From: Mizuhopecten yessoensis
Taxonomy: Eukaryota
Length of the DNA: 64,000 nt
Direction of reading: 5' to 3'
NCBI RefSeq assembly: GCF_002113885.1
Contig: NW_018408727.1
Span: 214,334 to 278,333, forward strand
Shown here one piece after another: positions 1 through 10,748 of the stretch; the stretch's first letter is position 1, and each line of letters begins with the position of its first letter. The position numbers were made by a program, and so were the translations under genes. The notes below the pieces were generated by a model that saw nothing but the letters and a program-made list of their open reading frames with translations, was not told the origin of the DNA and ran no database searches.

Positions 1-44
1 TTGATTACAATTTTTCTGTCACTTTCTATCAGACTAACCCTTAC

Positions 45-149
45 CTTGGCACAGACATCAGGTTTCGGGGTCCTATCTCGGTAGTTGTCGTTATCGTCAG
101 ATTCTACTGAAGAATAGTCGTCGTCATTGACTACCCGCATCACAACCAC
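45..149 (-). CDS. ROCO exon 14 (gene continues beyond window)
   Basis: AACAG|GTG ... AAG|GTAAGG; 35 open codons VVVMRVVNDDDYSS...PKPDVCAK. Confidence 0.8.
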
Positions 150-444
150 CTGTTGTTTATAACATACATATAAAACATTTACTTCTACCTCATAATGGAT
201 AGCTATAGGAGAACACTGTTACAGGGCATGTATGTTTTTTTCTGTACAGTACTAACCAATGTACTTAATGCTAGATTTTGGACAATCTTACACTTTTAAT
301 CTCTGAAAGAAAAGTCACACATAAAAAGTATCTTGCTTGTTCTTGATAATTGCACTCTGTTTCATTTTAAATAAAGCAGAATACATGTATCGAAATTTGT
401 TTTCAAATTTTCTCAAAATTTGTGAGATCGTGTGGTACACCTAC

Positions 445-605
445 CTTAATGCGATGACACCTCCTTGGCGCCATCTGTAGGACAAAATCATGTTCCTCGT
501 CGAGGTAAAATCGTGCTACATGACGGAACATACTATATGGTTCTTTCCCAGAGTTCCCTAGAGTCCACCGGACTGTTCGTGTTAAAATCCGATGGAACAG
601 GTCAT
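445..605 (-). CDS. ROCO exon 13 (COR)
   Basis: TTTAG|ATGAC ... AAG|GTAGGT; completes GFLPDDLFHRIL...ARFYLDEEHDFVL. Confidence 0.9.
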
Positions 606-801
606 CTAAATTCAAAATACAGACTGAAGTAAGAACAAATCTTATATCATGTAACACTAACAGAAAAGTCCTCTAATTTAATGCAATGAAGCTATAATGA
701 TGAAATATAATTTCTTCCATGAAACATAAAATAATTATCATGGAATATGAAAATAAAATACATGAAGTTCATGTCCCTCATACTGACAGCCATTGAAAAT
801 A

Positions 802-987
802 TTCCGTCTTTGCATATTGCAGAGTTATCTTCTCTTGGGAGCAGGTATTGAATGTTACGTCACTTGTTTGTGAGAGTAACGTCATCAATTTTTGAGAAAA
901 CGACGTAATTTTTTCACACAAACCAATGACATAACAATCAATACCTGCTCCCAAGAGAAGATAACTCTGCAATACGCAAAGACGGAA
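802..987. mobile_element. Palindromic MITE with long inverted arms and TA flanks
   Basis: TTCCGTCTTTGCATATTGCAGAGTTATCTTCTCTTGGGAGCAGGTATTGA is mirrored almost perfectly at about 938-987; TA on both sides (800-801, 988-989). Confidence 0.8.
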
Positions 988-1369
988 TAGGTTATATCTG
1001 AAATTATCGTTTTATACAAACTAAGGTTAATTGAACCATCACCAAATGTCGCTATATAGTTGAAATGTGACATTTTACTTAACCTTCATTTTGCCTTGGA
1101 GGACCTAAGTAGTATCAAAGAAACACTAGCATTTGCAAACAGTTTAATACATACATCAAGAAAGACGTTTTATACAGGCCCTATGAACAGGGAAATGTTA
1201 ACAATCTATGCTTTACATAGTCAGTAGATAATTCAGTTAACAATACTAAATCAACAAAAGAGCTGTTTTCATCACCATCAACAAGATCATACCCTTGGGA
1301 TTTCTTTGTCTTTACCAAACAGGAGTGAAAATTTTAAGTCTTTACTCTTGCCCAAGATTAGGATACAGA

Positions 1370-2760
1370 AACTTACCTGGGAGATTTGAGGAAGTAACTG
1401 AGATTGATAACTTACCTGGGAGGAAGCTACAAAGATTGGTGACTAACCTTGGAGATTGGAGGAAGTCACAGAGATTGATGACTTACCTGGGAGGAAAGCT
1501 ACAGAGATTGATGACTTACCTGGGAGGAAGCTACAGAGATTGATGACTTACCTGGGAGGAAGCTACAGAGATTGGTGACTTACCTGGGAGGAAGCTACAG
1601 AGATTGATGACTTACCTGGGAGTAAGCCAAAGAGATTGGTGACTTACCTGGGAGGAAGCTACAGAGATGGATGACTTACCTGGGAGGAAGCTACAGAGAT
1701 TGATTACTTACCTGGGAGGAAATCTACAGAGATTGATGACTTACCTGGGAGGAAATCTACAGAGATTGATGACTTACCTGGGAGGAAGCGACAGAGATTG
1801 ATGACTTACCTGGGAGGAAGCCACAGAGATTGAAGACTTACCTGGGAGGAAGCTACAGAGATTGATGAATTACCTGGGAGGAAGCTACAGAGATTGATGA
1901 CTTACCTGGGAGAAAGCTACAGAGATTGGTGACTTACCTGGGAGGAAGCCAAAGAGATTGATGACTTACCTGGGAGGAAGCTACAGAGATTGATGAATTA
2001 CCTGGGAGGAAGCTACAGAGATTGATGACTGACCTGGGAGGAAGCCAAAGAGATTGATGACTTGCCTGGGAGGAAGCGACAGAGATTGATGACTTACCTG
2101 GGAGGAAGCCAAAGAGACTGATGACTTACCTGGGAGGAAGCTACAGAGAGTGATGACTTACCTGGGAGGAAGCCAAAGAGACTGATGACTTACCTGGGAG
2201 GAAGCTACAGAGAGTGATGACTTACCTGGGAGGAAGCCAAAGAGACTGATGACTTACCTGGGAGGAAGCTACAGAGAGTGATGACTTACCTGGGAGGAAG
2301 CTACAGAGATTGATGAATTACCTGGGAGGAAGCTACAGAGATTGATGAATTACCTGGGAGGAAGCTACAGAGATTGATGACTTGCCTGGGAGAAAGCTAC
2401 AGAGATTGGTGACTTACCTGGGAGGAAGCTACAGAGATGGATGACTTACCTGGGAGGAAGCTACAGAGATTGATTACTTACCTGGGAGGAAATCTACAGA
2501 GATTGATGACTTACCTGGGAGGAATCTACAGAGATTGATGACTTACCTGGGAGGAAGCGACAGAGATTGATGACTTACCTGGGAGGAAGCGACAGAGATT
2601 GATGACTTACCTGGGAGGAAGCGACAGAGATTGATGACTTACCTGGGAGGAAGCCAAAGAGACTGATGACTTACCTGGGAGGAAGCTACAGAGAGTGATG
2701 ACTTACCTGGGAGGAAGCCAAAGAGATTGGTGACTTACCTGGGAGAAAGCCACAGAAGTT
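1370..2760 (-). repeat. 32-bp minisatellite (about 43 copies) derived from the exon 12 donor junction
   Basis: Plus-strand unit GACTTACCTGGGAGGAAGCTACAGAGATTGAT; the terminal copy is the real exon end GACTTACCTGGGAGAAAGCCACAGAAGTTAAT. Confidence 0.95.
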
Positions 2761-2871
2761 AATATAAAAGACAATGTCTGTGTCGTAGGCAGCGTATAGT
2801 CGTTTGTTGTCCCCACATGTGGCCAGGTGTGAAGGAACATAATAAGATAGGTACTTCTGACCCCCATTGGA
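2739..2871 (-). CDS. ROCO exon 12 (COR)
   Basis: TTTCAG|TCC ... CCCAG|GTAAGT; YYVPSHL...FYINFCGFLP. Confidence 0.9.
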
Positions 2872-3121
2872 CTGAAACACAAAGGTTTACAATGTTAGTA
2901 ATCACAGTGTACAGATATGTAAAATCTCTACAGGTAGACATACTAACAAACTTAAGAATCTGTGAATGTCTCCAACACCTGATCAACAGTTACTGACAGT
3001 TTTATATCCTGCAGTTACTTTGGAAAAGTTATAAAGTATTTTCTTCTTTAAGGATCCCTGTTCCACTGCGCTGTAATTTTCCCTATATATACAATTATCT
3101 CCCCTTTAACTTCCTCTTGGA

Positions 3122-3260
3122 TGTAACTGTAGCACACAGTTGGACCAGGACACTTCTGTTGACCAGGTAGCTCGGTCGGTTAGAGCGATAGTATATAACA
3201 ATCTGAGGTCCAGGGTTGGAATCCCGGTCTAGCCCTGCTGAGTTTTTCACACTCTGAACA
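3122..3260 (+). mobile_element. tRNA-containing solo-LTR-like repeat (or degenerate tRNA-SINE)
   Basis: TGTAAC...GAACA ends, A-box TAGCTCGGTCGG, B-box GGTTGGAATCC; same layout as the LTRs at 32085-32513; no TSD seen. Confidence 0.5.
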
Positions 3261-3555
3261 CTGCTGTTGTTTATATTTTGTTTGTTTCAACTTTATGATT
3301 TCTCGTTAAAGTCCTGCAAGGTATGGTTTTCTTTTCAGAAATGATTTATCATTTATCAAAGCTTCATGTAAGTTTTTTGCAGTTGTGCAAGGGATCCTTG
3401 TCTAATGTTGTGGATTGAAAAGTTTCCACTGTAAGAAATGAACTGGCAAGCTTTACCTTAGGAGTAATTGAATACCACAGTTCATTAATCTTAGTACTTT
3501 ACTTATGGCAAAAATGCTTGACACTACAAAAGACCAGTAACATCTACGACCATAC

Positions 3556-3726
3556 CTGTGATAGAGAGAGGTCCAGTGACCTCTGACACACGAGGTCAAA
3601 CTTTTCCATGAGGCCCAGGAGGACAGGCTTCTGGTCAATGACATCGGCCCACAGGTGGTCAATGAGAGCGTCCTCGAGGATCCCTCGCTCCTGGAACAGC
3701 CGCCACTTCTCCTTCAACATGTCCCA
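3556..3726 (-). CDS. ROCO exon 11 (COR)
   Basis: CTCCAG|TGG ... CAG|GTATGG; W..F.E.GIL...LW...LLGLMEKFDLVC. Confidence 0.92.
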
Positions 3727-4168
3727 CTGGAGAAGTAATGGAAACATAGATTATAATAGAGGACATAGTTTAAGAGGTAACAGTTGGTACTTGTATCACA
3801 TATCATATAACGGGTAATTTTTGCACAGTCAAACTGTTGCCTGTTGTTTGTGAAAACTGAATTCATTGAGTGTTAATTTTCGCCTTCCATATTTAATTAC
3901 TTTGTAAATTATACTGTTCACTGTAATGATAAATTAGCCCTCATTCCATAGGGCAAACACGTCGAAAATTAAACTGCAGTGAAATTTTCCTGGTATACAG
4001 TATTGTCAACAATTAATCCCAAACACCTACAGGAAATTCCTTATTAGATAGAAGAAAATATCAATAAAAGAGCTTATCAGTTAAGCTTCAGATCCTTCAG
4101 AGTAAAGCATACCAAACATTTGGATACTGCTATCTATTTACATATGGGACATAGAAAATATGCATTTA

Positions 4169-4251
4169 CCCTTTCACCACTGTAGACCATAATGGACTCA
4201 TCCAGAAAAATGTATGGTAGAGTCTACTAGAGTTTCCTAGAGGTGAAAGGG
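4169..4251. mobile_element. 83-bp piggyBac-like MITE
   Basis: TIR CCCTTTCACC / GGTGAAAGGG with TTAA on the right; homologous copies at 12558, 12929, 20688, 32932. Confidence 0.75.
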
Positions 4252-4328
4252 TTAACAACAAAAGCTTAAAAGATCTTGCGTCAACTTTCATAGCATTTCT
4301 ACCATGCTCTTAATCTGATTGGCAGTGA

Positions 4329-5013
4329 CTACCAGCCACTGTGGGTTTAACTTGACACTGTTCCTGTGAGCTACAAACCTTGCCTACCTGTTTGGCTACG
4401 AGGATGTGTGTGAACTTTTCTACTAGCCACTGTGGGTTTAACTTGACACTGTTCCTGTGAGCTACACCCAATGTCCTCTACCTGTTTGGCTACAAGGATG
4501 CATATGAACTTAACTACCAGCCACTATGGGTTTAATATGACAGTGTTCCTGTGAGCTACATACCTTGTCCTCTACCTGTTTGGCTACAAGGATGTATGTG
4601 AACTTTTCTACCGGCCACTGTGGGTTTAACATGACAGTGTCCCTGTGAGCTACATACCTTGTCTACCTGTTTGGCTACAAGGATGCATGTGAACTTTTCT
4701 CCTACCCACTGTGGGTTTAACATGACAGTGTTCCTGTGAGCTACATACCTTGTCTACCTGTTTGGCTACAAGGATGCATGTGCACTTTTCTACTAGCCAC
4801 TGTGGGTTTAACATGACTGTGTCCCTGTGAGCTACACACCTTGTCCTCTACCTGTTTGGCTACAAGGATGCGTGTGAACTTTTCTACCAGCCACTGTGGG
4901 TTTAACATGGCAATGTTCCTGTGAGCTACATACCTTGTCCTCTACCTGTTTGACTACAAGGATGCATGTGAACTTTTCTACCAGCCACTGTGGGTTTAAC
5001 ATGACAGTGTTCC
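4329..5013 (-). repeat. 91-94-bp tandem repeat (about 7 copies) of the exon 10 3' end plus donor
   Basis: Unit = last 79 nt of exon 10 (NTVMLNPQWLVEKFTCILVVKQVEDK) plus GTATGTAGCTCACAG; copies generally decay with distance from the exon. Confidence 0.95.
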
Positions 5014-5140
5014 GCAGAAGGTTGTCCATTGTTCCTGACCCTCCAAAGTACACTAACACGCCAAGGTCATGGTAGAACTCCAGCATGATCTTCACCTCCT
5101 TGTCAGAACTGATGCCAAGGTTGTTAGCTATCTCCTTCAC
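4934..5140 (-). CDS. ROCO exon 10 (COR)
   Basis: GTCAAG|GTG ... AAG|GTATGT; MLEFYHDLGVLVYF...VMLNPQWLVEKF. Confidence 0.92.
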
Positions 5141-5670
5141 CTTGACAACAGATAAAAACATTAGTATGACAGGCAATTAGTACATGGGTATTTCATTACG
5201 ACGTAACAATCAAAAGACGGTTAAATATTGTGAGGTCACAGTCAGTACTGAGCTCATATTCAGTGAAGATTACCGACTGGATACTGAATTTATCATAAGG
5301 ACATGTGACATACATAAACCAATCATAAATGAGATTACAGGACAAAAGTGTGACAAACACTAATGTCAATTAACATGTTGTCTTACACAAATTAACAGAG
5401 ACGAACTGTTGTTGACATTTGGTCCTATTTGGTTATGGATATGATATGTCCCATTGCGATTCCATCTTGGCCAAAAAGAATTATTAATGTGATAAATGAT
5501 TATTATGTGATTAATTTGAATTGATAAAAACTGTTTCAATACTATCAAAATTAACTAAAGCTGAGTTTAATTAAATGTGGTCCTACAGCACCAAGCAAAG
5601 ACAACTGCTGTTGTTTGTAGATGGTACACTAACTACAGGATCTCTGTTTATCATTATGGTTAAAACTGAC

Positions 5671-5814
5671 CTGGTCAAAGGAGGCGTGGTTGAAGTCGTC
5701 TTTGACGAGGTTGGCGAGTTCCCGTTCAAACCTGAGCCAATGTAGGGGCATCTGTTCCCCCATGTACGGCTCCTTACCCGCGATCTCCTCAACATGTTCT
5801 CTCAAGGCACTCAC
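5671..5814 (-). CDS. ROCO exon 9 (ROC/COR boundary)
   Basis: GTTTAG|GTG ... CAG|GTCAGT; ALREHVEE...YMGEQMPLHWLRFE. Confidence 0.92.
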
Positions 5815-5899
5815 CTAAACAGTATAAAACAGAACTTCATAGATCAAAAAGAACTACATTATTATTTGGCATACATTGATAAGTTCATGACTTTAACAT

Positions 5900-6129
5900 T
5901 TCAAACTTGATTCATTTTACAACAGTTTTGAAACAAGTTATTATAATTTATATTAATCAATCTTGTTGGCCCAAATGTTAGCACGCAAGGGAGTCTTAAT
6001 GTGTGAGGAAACTGGAGTACTGGAGAAAAACCTACATAGTCAGGCAGGTGACCCCATACCTTTTCATGTTCGATCAGAGCCACCTTGGTGAAATTTAAGT
6101 GGGTTATCCACTGCGCCACCCAAACACCC
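5900..6129 (-). mobile_element. tRNA-derived SINE with V-domain-like core
   Basis: Minus-strand GGTGGCGCAGTGG A-box and TTTTTCTCCAGTACTCCAGTTTCCTC core; homologous to 20027-20283. Confidence 0.7.
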
Positions 6130-6764
6130 TTTCACGACTTTATCATACATTGTACACAAAACCTGTGTACAGCATAGTTACTTTCATACAGCATATTTTT
6201 TCTACCAGCGTACCATATTAAATTACATTTTTACAAAATGTGAAAAGAAGGGTTTTTTTTGTTTGGGGACAAGAAACAAAGAATTTGTTCAATTTACATG
6301 TTTTATTTATCATAGTACAAAATTCTCTGTGATTTTTATTTTAATAGTAGTGAATAGAAGTCCTTATGTAATGCCATGTTTCCACCCCGACCAGTCCAGA
6401 AAGAGATGGTCCTGTTTTAGGGTACAGGTAGACATTTTATTCAGGTACAATACCTATATTTTACAATTAAAGAATGTTCAAACACACCAGACCATATAGC
6501 TTTAAAAAAATATAAAGAGGAACTCACGGTTAAATCTAGGAAAATACTCATTCACACAGAGATGTTGACGTGTAGAACAACCTCCCTAAGGGAATGTAGT
6601 GAATGAAATGACAGTTCAACAATTTGAGCATGAAATAAATGAACACCAGGAAAAAAACCCACTGCAAAGACATTGTTTTAAGAGAAAAAAAAAGAGTTAT
6701 GAAATGCAAAGTTACAATTATGATTATGTATATTTATATGATCCTGGGCTGATGGATAACTCAC

Positions 6765-6875
6765 CTGGTCATCATTTTCTATACTGTTCTCTACTGCCAC
6801 AAACGGTGTCACTATGTGCTGGGCATACGGCTTATTCACACAGAAGTTTCTGATTTCTTCAAATTTCTCTTCCAC
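6765..6875 (-). CDS. ROCO exon 8
   Basis: TTTAG|GTG ... CAG|GTGAGT; VEEKFEEIRNF...KPYAQHI...FVAVENS. Confidence 0.9.
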
Positions 6876-7065
6876 CTAAACCGCAAAAATAGTCAGATGT
6901 AAACCTTATATATATACTATTGTAGTATCATCAACTCCAAAGTGCAATTGTCCTTAAATGTGGATGATATTTTCTGTATCCACATGGTATGTACAAATTA
7001 ATTTTCTGGTTAAAAACAAGAATAGGGCATAGATAATGGGAGCAGCAAAATACGGCGGGACTTAC

Positions 7066-7248
7066 CATCTGTTCCTGCTGGGTGGGGTCCGTTGACAGGC
7101 TATTCCTGTGGGTGCCCACTACAAAGATTGGTGGAGACAGGCGGGTGTTGTCTATGGTGTTGGATGTGTTTTGGGAAGTGTGGGCATATATAGACCTCAT
7201 CCAAAAATCCATAAAATCAAGTGTGGTCATCTCACCGTCGGGGTTCTC
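7066..7248 (-). CDS. ROCO exon 7 (G4 region)
   Basis: TTTTTACAG|GAG ... ATG|GTAAGT; LDFMDFWMRSI...PPIFVVGTH. Confidence 0.92.
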
Positions 7249-7545
7249 CTGTAAAAATATGTATAAATTTAGTCTAGAGTTTATCCTATCACTGTTTTGT
7301 ATAGCTAGGACAGGGGTTCCCCTAAAGCAGTTTAAATACAGTGAGTAAAGGTGTTCCCCTGCAACAGTTTATATATAGATAGAATAAGGGTTCCCCTGTA
7401 ACAGTTAAGGGTTTCCCCTGCAACAGTTTATATATAGCTAGAATAGGGGTTCTCCTGTAACAGTTAATATATAGATAGATTAGGGGTTCCCCTGCAACAG
7501 TTCATATATAGATAGAATAGGGGTTTCCATTTAACAGTTTACATG
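7240..7545 (-). repeat. About 37-bp degenerate tandem repeat containing copies of the exon 7 acceptor junction
   Basis: Plus-strand units GGGGTTCYCCTGYAACAGTT..ATATATAGATAGAATA; 7446-7460 GGGGTTCTCCTGTAA is identical to the real junction at 7240-7254. Confidence 0.8.
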
Positions 7546-7830
7546 TAACAGCTTAAACATATACCTTGTGTAGGAATTTTCTGTTAGAGTTTATATAGAG
7601 ATAGCATAGACTTTATACTGTATATACCCTGGTAGTATAAGTGTTTTCATGATAAAGATTTTACTATTAAGCTTTGAAACAGGGATTATACGAAGTAAAT
7701 AAATAACATAGGACAAATTGATCGTTTTTCCTGTATATAACAGTGTTAACAGCACAGTCCCCAGCACTACGTTACCAACTGATCAAGTAAGACGGTGTTC
7801 ACCAGACTGAGGCTATATAGGTATACCTAC

Positions 7831-7911
7831 CTGCTGGGTTGACTGGACGGAGTTGAGATCTTGAGTCAGATTGAACACAAAGATATAAACAGCTCTACAA
7901 GTAAGGAACAC
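7831..7911 (-). CDS. ROCO exon 6
   Basis: TTTCAG|GTG ... CAG|GTAGGT; VFLTCRAVYIFVFNL matches the ROC FLxxxAxYxxVF motif. Confidence 0.9.
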
Positions 7912-8655
7912 CTGAAACAATCAAGGTTAAATTAAGTGATCACTAATTTGATCTCTAACCCCGACAGTGACGCAATAATTATCAGGATAAATGATACAGA
8001 TACATAAATGAATACAGTTAGACTTTACTTGGTCCCTTTCGCGTTCCCGGTTTAACCATTTAAACTATATGAACCAGGATCCAGATGTGTTTGGCCTAAA
8101 CTAAAATGCTGACTATATATCACTACTTTGCATTCTTTTTATATATAAATAAGATCAATACACCTCAGACATGCTGTAGAATTAGGTACATGCATGAAAG
8201 AAACTATTCTTTACTTTATGTTACTCATAATGATACCAAACTCTGAAAATGTGTATTTTAAACTAGCTCTGCTTATAAGGTCGGCTCAGTTCAAGTGCAT
8301 TTGCAGTTGGTAATAACTAAAAGAGAGAAAACACAAAAATAATCTGTGCAGACGTTGTTCTCCTAAGACAGGTTGTTCAGATGTAGGGTAGATCATTTGG
8401 AGTATTCTAATTTTGATAAATATTTATTTTAAGGTCTTTCTAGACAAGTAGTCTATAAGCCTCATTTCACTCTTCGTATATTCCAAACTATTTTACTAAC
8501 AACAGTTGCTTTGAAACTTTGAGTATGGCAAAACATGACAGTTAAATTCACCTCTTTTTTTACCAAGACATTTGACCCCATGCAAGGTCACGCTTTGTTA
8601 TCTGGTGTAAGATTCCTAAGACTAACTGACCACACTGGCTGATTGTCTTACTTAC

Positions 8656-8934
8656 TTGGTGGGTAGTATAAAAGACTGGCTGACCAGCGAAGTCCCATAT
8701 ATTCATGACAACTTTCCGGTTTTTCTCCTTGACTACAGGACTCTGGTTGGACTTGGACAGACTAGAACTGGACGCAGACTTGAGCTTGGATTGTATGGAC
8801 TTAGACTGATTGACCTGTGGAGTTTGCTCTAGTAGATCTTGGACCAGCTGGACGACACGGTCGGGTACCTCGCTGATCATCTCTGGGGGGATGTAGTGAG
8901 GTTTATCTCCATGTGAGGACACGCTGCGGTCAGA
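8656..8934 (-). CDS. ROCO exon 5 (insertion end and G3 WDFAGQ)
   Basis: TTGTAG|TCT ... CAA|GTAAGT; ends NIWDFAGQPVFYTTHQ. Confidence 0.92.
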
Positions 8935-8989
8935 CTACAACATAACACATCAGATATGTAGGTTGGATGGAAGAAATACCACTCTATCT

Positions 8990-9410
8990 GCTGTAAAGAT
9001 TAGGAGACTCCCCTCACTATCTTCTCTAAATCCTAAATTATTTCCCCTCATCACCTACTGTTAAGATTAGGAGACTCCCCTCACTATCTTCTCTAAATCC
9101 TGAATGATTTCCCTCATCACCAACAGTTAGGATTAGGAGACTCCCCTCACTATCTTCTCTAAATCCTAAACTATTTCCCCTCATCACCTACTGTTAAGAT
9201 TTGGAGTCTCCCTTCACTAACCTCTCTAAATCCTGAACGATTTCCCTCATAACCTATTATTGATATTAGGAGATTCCCCTCACTATCTTCTCTAAATCTT
9301 GAATGATTTCCCTCACTATCTACTGTTAAGCTCAGGAGATTCCACTCATTACTTACTCTTCAACTTAGGAGATTCATCACTACCTAATGAAGGCATAGGA
9401 GCTTCCCTGC
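8990..9410. repeat. 66-67-bp tandem repeat, about 6 copies, in ROCO intron 4
   Basis: Unit CTGTTAAGATTAGGAGACTCCCCTCACTATCTTCTCTAAATCCT...TTTCCCTCATCAC recurs at about 8991, 9058, 9124, 9191, 9257, 9323. Confidence 0.9.
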
Positions 9411-9675
9411 ACTAACTGATGCAACATTTTTTCATCATGCTCTGTTCATCTTCAAAAAAAATGTCTTGTGTTAATTCTCTTTATTTTTTTGTTTGGGAAC
9501 AATTAGCTCCTTTTAGTGCAAAACAGTTTTGATGACTTTTGATGAATTGTAAATTTCACAGATCACTGTAAACTTAAACACAAGAGCAGTGGGACTTAAT
9601 CATTCCTTAATTTTCCAAATAACGCATTTAAATTTTGCTTACCGCCAGTGAAAATTATGTCTGTCGTGAGATTAC

Positions 9676-9830
9676 CTTCCTACTGCTGGGTAGAGGCATC
9701 CTGGGTCCATCACGACTACCAGACTTCCCCTTGGGAGCCTCCTGTTTCTGTTTGCCTTTCTGCTGTAGCTCCTTTACTATGTTCTCTGCCAGAGCCTGGT
9801 AGTACTCCTCTTCTAGCCCCTCAGCTCCCC
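9676..9830 (-). CDS. ROCO exon 4 (ROC insertion)
   Basis: TTGTAG|GGGGAG ... GAAG|GTAATC; GAEGLEEEYYQALAENIVKELQQKGKQ...SSRK; phases 1 and 0 fit. Confidence 0.82.
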
Positions 9831-10000
9831 CTACAAGTGAATATACAGTTTAAAAATATCTTTCAGCTGCAACTCCTATTGAATTAATCAATGATAATAT
9901 TATGTATTTATTTAAATCATGTTCCTAGATTTTATCTAGATTGTCAAGTGTGAGATTTCTTCTGAAAAGTTTCCTAACTTCTGTACGTGTCATTACTTAC

Positions 10001-10164
10001 CCATAATGCCTAGCTGTTTCTTCTCTTCAATGTGCTCCTCAGACTCCTTCTCAAACTCGCCGCGGACAGCCATCTTCCACTGTGCGTGATTGTTGGTACT
10101 GAAGGAACAGGATGCAGACAGGTCTATCCCGTCAGCCTCCGTACTTTCTTCATTCACATTATAT
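10001..10164 (-). CDS. ROCO exon 3 (G2 region EEST..GID)
   Basis: TACAG|ATAT ... ATGG|GTAAGT; open frame YNVNEESTEADGIDLSASCSF...; phases 2 and 1 fit neighbours. Not in the ORF track. Confidence 0.85.
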
Positions 10165-10579
10165 CTGTATTAAGTACATGTATCAACAGAAACTGTACAC
10201 TGATGTATAAAGAGTCAAACCTGTCTTAAGCAGTCATCTACAGGAGATCACGATGTTGGCTGCTTAAGACAGGTGGCTGCTTAATCGAGGTTAGAGTAAA
10301 CACATAATACAAAATATTATATAACATCTATTAACAAGTTTACAAAGAGCAAAATTTGTTTAAATCATTTATGACAACATGCTGATGAAAATCTTTGAAA
10401 TATTCCTTTGTTAATAAAAACATGTACATAAATCTATAACAATATAAGATATCATAATCAATTAATGTATAATTATAACTTTTAAACAGTACAAGATTAC
10501 CCCTGGTGATAATTACAATACACGTGCTGCCAAACTAACTGTTCCTGTATCAGTAATGATGTTACGGCAGACTGTTGAC

Positions 10580-10748
10580 AATTTTGCTTAAATCCTGGAG
10601 TATTAATGTCAAAGAAACAAGTTGACTAGGACAAAACCCATGCGGTTGGCAGATGGCACAATACATTTCACATCTGATCGGTGAATTGAACCCCACCTAT
10701 CTTTGTGAAAGGCTAGTGCCCTGTCCACTGCGCCATCCGACAATCCCA
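10580..10748 (-). mobile_element. Degenerate tRNA-SINE copy
   Basis: Minus-strand GGATGGCGCAGTGG and GGGTTCAATTC boxes; resembles the copies at 5900 and 20027. Confidence 0.55.

Noticed and set aside
1370-2760. CRISPR array (32-bp repeats)
   Set aside because: Units are head-to-tail with no unique spacers, there are no cas genes, and the DNA is spliceosomal-intron animal sequence.
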